DNA from: Gammaproteobacteria bacterium Ga0077536
Lineage (GTDB): Bacteria > Pseudomonadota > Gammaproteobacteria > Ga0077536
NCBI GenBank assembly: GCA_001464935.1
Contig: LNEL01000054.1
Location: 21,407-85,406, forward strand
DNA length: 64,000 nt
Reading direction: 5' to 3'
Below the pieces are notes generated by a model, which had not been told where the DNA came from, searched no databases, and saw only the letters and a program-made list of their open reading frames with translations. The stretch's first letter is position 1; every line of letters begins with the position of its first letter. The position numbers were made by a program, and so were the translations under genes. Shown in pieces: positions 30,581 through 38,351 of this stretch.

Positions 30581-30711
30581 GCCACCGAGAACACCGAGGG
30601 TTTTTTGAGTGCGCCGTGCCGGATTTGGACGCCTGAAGGCGCACCGGCGTGTGCGGCGTACCGTTCGTCGTGCATCATTCCCCTCTGAGTTCTCGGTGTT
30701 CTCGGTGGCTG
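30581..30711. repeat. MITE-like element with GCCACCGAGAACACCGAG terminal inverted repeats (~130 bp)
   Basis: Left end GCCACCGAGAACACCGAG. Right end CTCTGAGTTCTCGGTGTTCTCGGTGGCTG is its reverse complement. The interior contains a second inverted repeat (GCGCCGTGCCGG...GCACCGGCGTGTGCGGCG). Lies just after the ubiI stop. Confidence 0.7.
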
Positions 30712-30815
30712 AACCCGCGTCAACGGGACGCCCACGCTCGACTCGCCGGAAGCAACGCCGGGCGAAGGCAGGCTGCTAGAATCCCGGTCACTGACCCAGC
30801 TCCGGAACCGAGTTC

Positions 30816-31712
30816 ATGACCACTGACGCCGACCAGCCCCTGTACGAATCCTCCGTGACCAGCCTGCCGTTGCTCGGCCGCGGGAAGGTGCGCGACATCT
30901 ACGCGGTCAACGACGATCACCTGCTGATCGTCACCACCGATCGCCTGTCGGCCTTCGACGTGATCCTGCCGGACCCGATTCCGGGCAAGGGCGCCGTGCT
31001 GCAGGCGATGTCGCTGTTCTGGTTCCGGCATTTCGAGGATCTGGTGCCGCACCAGCTGTCGAAGCTCACGCTCGAGGACGTGCTGCCGGACGCCGCCGAG
31101 CGCGCGCCGCTCGAAGGTCGCGCCATGGTCGTCAAACGCCTGCGGCCGCTGATGGTCGAGGCGGTGGTGCGCGGTTACCTGATCGGCTCGGGCTGGAAGG
31201 ACTATCAGCAGAGCGGCGAGATCTGCGGCATCGCGCTGCCGCCGGGCATGCGCCAGGCGGAGCAACTGCCGGCCCCGCTGTTCACGCCGTCGACGAAGGC
31301 CGAGCAGGGCACACACGACGAGAACATCGACTTCGCGCGCTGCGAGGCGCTGCTCGGCCGTGATTACGCGCACAAGGTGCGCGAGCTCGCGCTGCGCATC
31401 TACAAGGACGCAGCCGCCTATGCTCGGACCCGCGGCATCATCATTGCCGACACCAAGTTCGAATTCGGCATCGACCGCAACGGCGAGGTCGTGCTGATCG
31501 ACGAAGTGCTGACGCCGGATTCCTCGCGCTTCTGGCCGTCGGATCAATACCAGGTCGGCACGAGCCCGCCGTCCTTCGACAAGCAGTTCGTGCGCGACTA
31601 CCTCGAAACCCTCGACTGGAACAAACAGGCACCGGCCCCGCGCCTGCCGCCCGAGATCATCGAGAAGACCGCCGCGAAGTACCGCGAAGCGCTGACGCGC
31701 CTGACGGGCTGA
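30816..31712 (+). CDS. purC: Phosphoribosylaminoimidazole-succinocarboxamide synthase (long form)
   Basis: [23 protein letters not shown]...[13 protein letters not shown]...[14 protein letters not shown] synthetase motifs. Confidence 0.85.
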   Translation: MTTDADQPLYESSVTSLPLLGRGKVRDIYAVNDDHLLIVTTDRLSAFDVILPDPIPGKGAVLQAMSLFWFRHFEDLVPHQLSKLTLEDVLPDAAERAPLEGRAMVVKRLRPLMVEAVVRGYLIGSGWKDYQQSGEICGIALPPGMRQAEQLPAPLFTPSTKAEQGTHDENIDFARCEALLGRDYAHKVRELALRIYKDAAAYARTRGIIIADTKFEFGIDRNGEVVLIDEVLTPDSSRFWPSDQYQVGTSPPSFDKQFVRDYLETLDWNKQAPAPRLPPEIIEKTAAKYREALTRLTG

Positions 31713-31723
31713 TCGGCGCCGCG

Positions 31724-32290
31724 TCAATCTTCGTAGGTTGGGCTGACGCAGGAAGCCCAACAGCAGCGCTCACCGACGGTGAGCGCTTCTTCAGGCGCTT
31801 TACACCAATTCACGGGCAGCTCGCCGCGTGCAATGTAGCGATGAACGCTCGAATGTGGCCATTCCCACGGATCCCGCACCCACCCGTGCTTCGCCGGATT
31901 GTAATGAATGTAATCGATGTGCCTTGCGAGATCGTCGTCGTCTCGAATCGGATGTTCCCAATAGCGTCGCTGCCAGATCCCGCGCTCCCGCTTGGCCGCG
32001 CGGCTCGCACTCACCTGCTCGCGCTTCGTCATCTGGCGTGAGAAGCCAGATTTGATCAGCGACCACCGGAGCGGGTAGCCGGAGTCGCCCGGCGGCATTT
32101 GCCAGAGTGCGTGCAAGTGATCCGGCAGCACTACCATCGCCATGATAGAGAACGGAAGCGCACGCTTGATCGTGTGCATCACATTGCGGAGTGAATCGAC
32201 ATGCCGGACCAGCAAGTCCGACTGGCGGTCCGCGAGATTCACGCTAAAGAAAAAACTGCCGCCAGCTGCAATGGCTCTCCAATAGCGCAT
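31724..32290 (-). CDS. REP-associated tyrosine transposase (RAYT; IS200/IS605-like Y1 transposase)
   Basis: HuH motif VVLPDHLHALW. Catalytic Tyr region YIHYNPAKHGWV. N-terminal GGSFFFSVNL typical of RAYTs. Confidence 0.8.
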   Translation of the reverse strand: MRYWRAIAAGGSFFFSVNLADRQSDLLVRHVDSLRNVMHTIKRALPFSIMAMVVLPDHLHALWQMPPGDSGYPLRWSLIKSGFSRQMTKREQVSASRAAKRERGIWQRRYWEHPIRDDDDLARHIDYIHYNPAKHGWVRDPWEWPHSSVHRYIARGELPVNWCKAPEEALTVGERCCWASCVSPTYED

Positions 32291-32360
32291 CGAGGTCTCC
32301 TTTCCCCGTCTGTTCCAGCGTCGATGCTGGTGTTGGGCTTCCTGCGTCAGCCCAACCTAC
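31733..32360 (-). mobile_element. REP-RAYT-REP unit (REP-associated tyrosine transposase flanked by inverted REP copies)
   Basis: REP at 31733..31761 (forward) and 32332..32360 (inverted) bracket the RAYT gene. The RAYT C-terminus (CCWASCVSPTYED) is translated from REP sequence. Confidence 0.75.
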
Positions 32361-32397
32361 GGCGATGTCGGGCTGACCGGAAGCTTGCGGCTACGTT

Positions 32398-32422
32398 GCT
32401 TGGACTGACACGGGAAGACCAA
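32398..32422. repeat. Degenerate REP copy (TTGGACTGACACGGGAAGACCAAC)
   Basis: About 19/24 match to the REP core. Confidence 0.4.
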
Positions 32423-32529
32423 CACGCAGTGCTGCGGCGAACGAGGAATCATGGTGCTCGTCGAACAAACGCATTCGATGGATTGCATGGTTCGGGCTGT
32501 GACGCCGCTGCCATTCTCTTGCGTCTGAT

Positions 32530-32558
32530 GTTGGGCTTCCTGCGTCAGCCCCACCTAC
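32530..32558. repeat. REP element (inverted; variant CCCCACCTAC)
   Basis: GTTGGGCTTCCTGCGTCAGCCCCACCTAC. Confidence 0.75.
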
Positions 32559-32579
32559 AGGGCGGGCTGCGCAGGGCGA

Positions 32580-33275
32580 TCACGCGTCGCCGAAGTCCAC
32601 CCAGTCGCTGAGCGGCGCGCGTTCCGTGCGCAGGCTGTTTTCGATGGCGGTCGTGTCTTCCTGGCCGAGCGCCATGCCGACCAGCACTTTCTCCTCGGGC
32701 GGCAGCCCGAGTTCAGCGCCGATGATCGTGTGGAACTGCGTCCAGGCGAACTGCGGGCAGGTGTGCAGGCCGTGGCCGCGCGCGGCGGTCATCACGTTGC
32801 CGAGGAACATGCCGTAATCGATCCATGCCGCATAGCCGAGCGAGCGGTGGATCGTGAAGATCAGGCCGACCGGCGCGTCGAAGAAGCGGAAATTGCGCGC
32901 GTGCTGGCGGTGCGTGCGTTCGCGATCGCCTTTGCCGATGCCGAGCAGCCCGTAGAGATCCCAGCCGACCTTGCGTCGCCGGTCGATGAACGGCGACACC
33001 CATTCGCTCGGATAGATTGGAAACTCGCTGCGATACTTCTGTTCGGCTTCGGGGTCGTCGAACGCGGCGAGCACTTTTGCCGACAGCGCTTCCTTCTTCG
33101 CGCCCGTCAGCACGTGCACGCGCCAGGGCTGGATGTTCGTGCCCGACGCCGAGCGCGCCGCGACACGGAGGATCTCCTCGATGCTCGCGCGCGGCACCGG
33201 GGTCGGCAGGAACGCGCGCACGGAGCGGCGCGAAACGAGGGCCTCGTCGACGCAGGCCTGGTGTGAATCGGTCAT
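32580..33275 (-). CDS. Nitroreductase-family NAD(P)H-flavin oxidoreductase
   Basis: RRSVRAFLPTPVPRASIEEIL...SGTNIQPW nitroreductase N-terminal signature. Confidence 0.8.
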   Translation of the reverse strand: MTDSHQACVDEALVSRRSVRAFLPTPVPRASIEEILRVAARSASGTNIQPWRVHVLTGAKKEALSAKVLAAFDDPEAEQKYRSEFPIYPSEWVSPFIDRRRKVGWDLYGLLGIGKGDRERTHRQHARNFRFFDAPVGLIFTIHRSLGYAAWIDYGMFLGNVMTAARGHGLHTCPQFAWTQFHTIIGAELGLPPEEKVLVGMALGQEDTTAIENSLRTERAPLSDWVDFGDA

Positions 33276-33287
33276 GGTGTGGGTGGC

Positions 33288-34019
33288 TCAGTATTCGTCG
33301 GGATCGAGAATGTCCGGTGCGGCCGGATCGTAGGTCGGGCGTGGCCCGGGGTTCGGGATCGCTTCCAGCGTCATCGTGGGCGCGGCGGTCGGCGCCGCAG
33401 GCGTGACGACCCGCAGCAGTTCGAAGTTCCAGCGTTTGGGGTCTTCACGATGCACTTGGCGCACGATCATTTCCGCCGCCGGCGCGTACCAGCGCGTCAC
33501 GTGCGTAAAGCCGTTCTTCGGGCCCACCATCCATTTGTCCTGGCACTCGATGCGAAACGCGTCGAAGGTGCCGGCGCCAACCGTCACGGGCTCGAAGGCC
33601 TCGACGCGGCACTGGGCCTCGCCGTCCCACACCAGGTTGTTGAACGCGGTAAAGCCGGCGTAGCCCTGGCGCCAGTGGGCGCCGAGGGTCAGCGGAAACT
33701 TCAGGGCCGGCGCGAACGGCCGGAACTCGACGAGTTTGCGCCCCGCAGCATCGGTCACGTGCAGCGCATTGCCGTCGTGCGCGCCAGTCGTCTCGAGCCG
33801 ATGTTCGCCGCAGGTCGCGAGCGTGCCGCCGTCGGCGGTCAGCGCGGTCACGGTCCAGGTGGTGCAGTCCACGCCCATCAGCCGGCCGGCGTATTCGTGT
33901 GTGACCCCGAGCCGCGGGGCGGGCTGCGTGGCATCGGCCGCGGACGTGGCCCTGGCGCAGCACAGCGCAGCGATGACGAGGCAGGTCCTGCGGGTCGCGA
34001 ATGAGGTCGGGGTGCGCAT
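33288..34019 (-). CDS. Secreted hypothetical protein
   Basis: Start MRTPTSF. Signal peptide TCLVIAALCCARATSAADA. No recognisable family. The upstream 19 aa of the track ORF is discarded. Confidence 0.45.
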   Translation of the reverse strand: MRTPTSFATRRTCLVIAALCCARATSAADATQPAPRLGVTHEYAGRLMGVDCTTWTVTALTADGGTLATCGEHRLETTGAHDGNALHVTDAAGRKLVEFRPFAPALKFPLTLGAHWRQGYAGFTAFNNLVWDGEAQCRVEAFEPVTVGAGTFDAFRIECQDKWMVGPKNGFTHVTRWYAPAAEMIVRQVHREDPKRWNFELLRVVTPAAPTAAPTMTLEAIPNPGPRPTYDPAAPDILDPDEY

Positions 34020-34220
34020 CCGGTCATTCTGGCATGGTGCTCCGCCGCCCGTCAGCGCCGGGCCCGCGGTGGCCACGGGGAGGCGCCCGCGCCGCGCACC
34101 AGAATTTACATTTTCAACGGCGCCAGGGCGGAAATTCTCACTTGATCGATCCCGCCCCAGACGGTAGCGTACGGAACTGTATACGGTACCGTATGGGCCG
34201 GGCTGGCGAAGGCAGACGGC

Positions 34221-34790
34221 TCAACTATCCGACGGACGACAGATCAGCAGCTTGAACTGCCGCTCGGCGAGCGCATCGCGCAGGCCGGGGTCGATCACCA
34301 GCGAGGTCGTGTACTCACCGACCTGGTAGAAGTAGAGCGCGCGGGCCCGCAGCAGCGCCTCTTCATCGGTGAACTCGGCGGCACGGAACAGACGTGCGAG
34401 GTAATCGACGCGTTGCTGATCGACGGTGGCCACCGCCTGCGCCGCCCACTTGTTGAAGCGGGCGAACTCGCGCATCGCGATGTCGTGCCGGGAGTCCTCG
34501 GTGTGCTGGGTGAAGTCGATCACGGCCCTGATCTGGCCGGCGGGATCGTCGACCTGCTGCTCGGCAAGCCGCGCGATGAACGACAACTGTTGTTCACGCC
34601 ACCAGTCGACCATGGAACGCAGCAGATCGTCGCGATTGCGGAAGTGCCAATAGAAGCTGCCCTTGGTGAGCTTCAATTTGCGCGCCAGCACTTCGACCTT
34701 CACCTGGCCGATACCGAGCGCGAACAGGACATCGAGCGCCTTGCGCAGCCAGGCGTCTCGATCGAGCGGCTTCTTCGGTGTGCGCGTCAT
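34221..34790 (-). CDS. TetR/AcrR-family transcriptional regulator
   Basis: HTH region with KGSFYWHFRNRDDLL signature. Divergent from the SnoaL-like gene. Confidence 0.8.
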   Translation of the reverse strand: MTRTPKKPLDRDAWLRKALDVLFALGIGQVKVEVLARKLKLTKGSFYWHFRNRDDLLRSMVDWWREQQLSFIARLAEQQVDDPAGQIRAVIDFTQHTEDSRHDIAMREFARFNKWAAQAVATVDQQRVDYLARLFRAAEFTDEEALLRARALYFYQVGEYTTSLVIDPGLRDALAERQFKLLICRPSDS

Positions 34791-35062
34791 GCGAGGCGTT
34801 CATCAGGAAATGGAGGTTGCGACATTATAGGCAGCATGACGCCGGGGCTGGGGGCCCAGGCGAAGATAAACAGATTTCTCCAGTAACACTGGCCTAAAGC
34901 GCGACGCCATCGCGCTCCTCCTGTGGCGATAGCCCCGGGGCGGGTCCCCGCCGCCCCGTTTCTTTTCTCCGTGCCGCGCTGCGAGATTGTCTGCCCGCGC
35001 ATCAGCGCTTAGGCTCTGCCGGTTACCGCAGTCCACCACAGCCACCATTCGGGGAGACACGC

Positions 35063-35461
35063 ATGAGCGCCAGCGACAACAAGCAGATCGTCCGCAACAA
35101 TTTCGAACAACTGGCGCTCGGCAACGGCGCGCCACTGCTCGACAGCCTCGCCGACGACGTCCAGTGGACCATCATCGGGACGAGCGTGCTGTCGAAAACG
35201 TTCAAGGGCAAACAGGATGTGATCGACGGCCTGCTCGTGCCGTTTCGCGAGGCGCTGGTCGACGGCCATATCCACATTCACGTCGACAACCTGCTGGCCG
35301 ATGGTGATTACGTCGTCGTGCAGGGTCGCGGCGAAGCGATGACCAAACGCGGTGTCGCCTACAACAACACCTATTGCTGGGTGTACCAGTTCCAGCACGG
35401 CAAGATCAAGGCGCTGACGGAATATCTCGACACCGAACTCGTCACACGCGCCTTCGGCTGA
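35063..35461 (+). CDS. SnoaL-like / NTF2-like (ketosteroid-isomerase fold) protein
   Basis: MSASDNKQIVRNNFEQLALGNGAPLLDSLADDVQWTIIG and C-terminal YCWVYQFQHGKIKALTEYLDT are typical of the SnoaL polyketide-cyclase-like family. Confidence 0.7.
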   Translation: MSASDNKQIVRNNFEQLALGNGAPLLDSLADDVQWTIIGTSVLSKTFKGKQDVIDGLLVPFREALVDGHIHIHVDNLLADGDYVVVQGRGEAMTKRGVAYNNTYCWVYQFQHGKIKALTEYLDTELVTRAFG

Positions 35462-35586
35462 GCGCCCGGTGTCATCGCGTCATCCGCGCTCGCGGATGAC
35501 GCGCGGGGGCCACCTGGTGCTCGCGACGTCGCACGCCTGTCATCTCCTCGCGGCACGCTCGACGTCGGGCAAGCACTGGAGTCCTG

Positions 35587-35780
35587 TCATGCTGATGAGC
35601 GAGAACCGTTCCGTTTCCGTGGCCGAGCTGCATCGCGAGATGAATGCGCTGTGCGGCCTCGTGCACTTCGCGCGCGAGCGCTGTTATCCCGATGCGCTGA
35701 CCGCCCATCTCGAAGCCCTGCTCGCCGCGTCCGCGGCCGAGGCGAGCCGACGCTGTCGGCACGAGCAGGCAGCGGCCTGA
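35587..35780 (+). CDS. Possible small (64 aa) hypothetical protein
   Basis: ATG ORF in the 330-bp gap between the SnoaL-like gene and gph. No homology recognised; could be spurious in high-GC DNA. Confidence 0.2.
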
Positions 35781-35790
35781 GTCTGCCGGC

Positions 35791-36480
35791 TCAGCCTGCC
35801 AGCAGCGGCAGGATGTCGAGCATGCGATCGACCAGCGCATCGGGTGCGTGGTCGGCGAGGCGGGCGTTCGGCGAGTAGCCGTAGGACACGCACAGCACGC
35901 GCGTGCCGGCGGCGCGCGCGGCTTTCAGATCCGCCATCGAGTCGCCGACCATCGTCGCCTGCGCGACCTCGACGCCGAGTTGCGCGAGCGCATGCAGCAG
36001 CGGCGCCGGATCCGGCTTTCTGACCGCCAGCGTGTCGCCGGCGACGGTGACGCTGAAGTAGTCCGCGAGTCCGAGCGCCGCGAGCAACGGCGTGGTGAAG
36101 CGCGCGGGTTTGTTCGTCACGCAGGCAAGGGCGTAACCGCGCGACTGCAGCGTGTCGAGCGTCTCGATGACGCCGGGATACGGTTTTGTGCGATCGGTCA
36201 GGCCGGCCGCGTAGTGACGAAAGAACCCGGCGTAAGCGGCCTCGAACAGCGGCTGTTCGGCGACGCCGTCCAGCTGTTCGGTGAGGCAGCGGTGAATGAG
36301 CCGCTCGGCGCCGCCGCCGATATAGCCGCAGATACGCTCGATGCCGCGTGGCGCAACGCCACAGTCGGTCAGCGCACGATCGGCGGCGGCGGCGATATCA
36401 GGCGCGCTGTCGACCAGCGTGCCGTCCAGATCGAACAGCACCGCGCGTGGCGCAAACGCGCTCATACGGCCGGCGCTCAT
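35791..36480 (-). CDS. gph: Phosphoglycolate phosphatase (HAD superfamily)
   Basis: HAD motif I VLFDLDGTLVDS. Motif III/IV region GDSMADLKAARAAG. Downstream of rpe (rpe-gph arrangement). Confidence 0.75.
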   Translation of the reverse strand: MSAGRMSAFAPRAVLFDLDGTLVDSAPDIAAAADRALTDCGVAPRGIERICGYIGGGAERLIHRCLTEQLDGVAEQPLFEAAYAGFFRHYAAGLTDRTKPYPGVIETLDTLQSRGYALACVTNKPARFTTPLLAALGLADYFSVTVAGDTLAVRKPDPAPLLHALAQLGVEVAQATMVGDSMADLKAARAAGTRVLCVSYGYSPNARLADHAPDALVDRMLDILPLLAG

Positions 36481-36496
36481 CGGGCCGAACGCCGGT

Positions 36497-37146
36497 TCAG
36501 CGGCCGCGGGCGCGAGCGATTTCCGCGCGCATCCTCGCCACCGTTGCCGCATAGTCCGGCGAGTTGAAGATCGCGGAGCCCGCGACGAAGGTGTCGGCGC
36601 CGGCAGCGGCAATCTCCCGAATGTTCTCGACCTTCACCCCGCCGTCGATCTCGAGCCGGATCGGCAGACCCGAGTCGTCGATCAGGCGGCGCGCCTCGGC
36701 AAGCTTGCCGAGCGCCGACGGAATGAACGACTGGCCGCCGAAGCCCGGATTCACCGACATCAGCAACACCATGTCGACCTTGTCGAGGACATAGCGCAGC
36801 GCGTCGAGCGGTGTGGCCGGATTGAACACGAGGCCGGCCTTGCAGCCGAGTTCGCGGATCAGCGCGAGGCTGCGATCGACGTGGCGGCTCGCCTCCGGAT
36901 GGAACGTGATATAGGTCGCGCCGGCTTTTGCTCGACCATCAGGTGCACGTCGATGGTCGCCGTGATGCCGTATTTGCGGAGCGCCGCGCAGACCATCGGT
37001 CCGATCGTCAGGTTCGGCACGTAATGGTTGTCCATCACGTCGAAGTGGACGAACTCCGTGCCTGCGGCGAGGACGGCATCGACCTCGGCGCCGAGGCGCG
37101 CGAAATCGGCGGACAGGATCGAAGGAGCAATGACGTCGGCTTGCAT
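36497..37146 (-). pseudogene. rpe: Ribulose-phosphate 3-epimerase, disrupted by an internal ~28-nt deletion/frameshift
   Basis: N-terminal part [19 protein letters not shown]...[19 protein letters not shown]...DVHLMVE reads in one frame (track ORF 36859..37146). C-terminal part [34 protein letters not shown]...[12 protein letters not shown]...GSAIF reads in another (track ORF 36497..36829). About 9-10 expected codons (xPVDRIVPDF) are missing between HLMV and AKAGA. Confidence 0.7.
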
Positions 37147-37295
37147 GCGGGTAATCCGTGGCAGGGAGGCGCCGGCACTTTACCGGAAAGCGCTGCGGCC
37201 GGGCAGCCGAGGGTACAGGCGCCGCGGCAGCGGGCCGCTATCGGGATGGGGGGCTGACGGGCGGCTCCGAAAATCTTCTCCTGGAGTACTGATCG

Positions 37296-38297
37296 ATGTG
37301 TCTGCGGGTGGTGGCGTGGTGTCTGCTGACAGGGCTGGCCGGCCTGGCCGTGGCGGCGGAACCGGCCGCGCCGACGAAGGAGGAGCCTGCGAAGGAGGAG
37401 CCTGCGAAGGAGGAGCCTGCGACGGACAGCGCAGCGGCGGCTGCGGCGGACGCCGCGGCGCAGGCCGCAGAAGAAGGCGGGCAGTCGTCGCCAGCCGCGC
37501 CGACCGCCGACGCCGGTCGCGAGGCCGAGATCGCCGCCATGCTGCCCCGGCTGGCGACCGACGACGAGCTCCGTTGGCTCGAGGCCGGGAGTACGAAGTT
37601 CTTCGCGTTCAGTCGCAAGCCGAAGCAGGGTGAACCGCGCGGAGCGATTCTGATCGTGCCCGCTGCCGGCGAGTTCATCGACGAGCGTGCCCTGACTCGG
37701 ACGCTGCGCAGCCTGCCACCGGCCGGCGGTTTTGCGACCCTGGCGCTGCAGCCACCGCTCAGTCCCGCCGTCGCACCGGCAGCGGAGGCCGCCGTCGACG
37801 CCGCGGCGCAGACGGCCGTCGCAGAGGACCCGGGCGCCGCCGCCTCGACGCCGGCCGCGCCTGAGTCCGTTGCGGTCCATGCCGATTTCTGCCCGCGCAT
37901 CGCCGCCGCCCTGGCGGCGCTCGAGGGCGACGGCGCGCCGCTGCTCGCGATCGCTGCCGCCGGCGACAGCGTGCCGGCCGTGCTCGCCTGCTATCCCGAC
38001 GGCCTGCCGTCTGGCGTCGGCGCGTTTGCCGCGATCGGCGGCTGGCAGGGCAGTCTGGCCGCGCTGAAAGTGCCGACAATCGAGTTCGTGCCGGGGCGCG
38101 ATCCCGCCGCCGTCGCCGCCGCCAATCGCCGCGAAGCCGTGCCGCTGCGTGACGATGAGCCGCCCCGCCGGCGCGTGGATCTCGACGGCGTCGATCGCTC
38201 GTTCGCCGGTGCCGATGTCGAAATCGCCAAGCGCCTGCGCGGTTGGCTCGAACGCTTGCCGCCGCCCGCCGCCGACACCGCCGCGACGGCTGACTGA
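37296..38297 (+). CDS. Ala/Pro-rich secreted hypothetical protein
   Basis: Signal peptide MCLRVVAWCLLTGLAGLAVAA. Low-complexity acidic KEEPA repeats followed by a globular region. No family recognised. Confidence 0.45.
   Translation: MCLRVVAWCLLTGLAGLAVAAEPAAPTKEEPAKEEPAKEEPATDSAAAAAADAAAQAAEEGGQSSPAAPTADAGREAEIAAMLPRLATDDELRWLEAGSTKFFAFSRKPKQGEPRGAILIVPAAGEFIDERALTRTLRSLPPAGGFATLALQPPLSPAVAPAAEAAVDAAAQTAVAEDPGAAASTPAAPESVAVHADFCPRIAAALAALEGDGAPLLAIAAAGDSVPAVLACYPDGLPSGVGAFAAIGGWQGSLAALKVPTIEFVPGRDPAAVAAANRREAVPLRDDEPPRRRVDLDGVDRSFAGADVEIAKRLRGWLERLPPPAADTAATAD
37376..37420 (+). repeat. Perfect 3 x 15-bp tandem repeat (GAAGGAGGAGCCTGC) encoding (KEEPA)3
   Basis: Seen directly inside the 37296..38297 CDS. 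Confidence 0.8.
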
Positions 38298-38351
38298 CAA
38301 TCCGGCCCTCCGGTGCGCTGGTCCCGCGCGCCGGGGCCAGCATCGAACCTG

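Noticed and set aside
30541-30600. Possible rho-independent terminator (GCGGGGCTTTTTTGCC) after ubiI
   Set aside because: The stem is weak (about 3 bp). The T-run belongs to the edge of the MITE-like element. Not called separately.
35848-37024. Plus-strand ORFs 35848..36567 and 36341..37024
   Set aside because: Antisense to gph and rpe.
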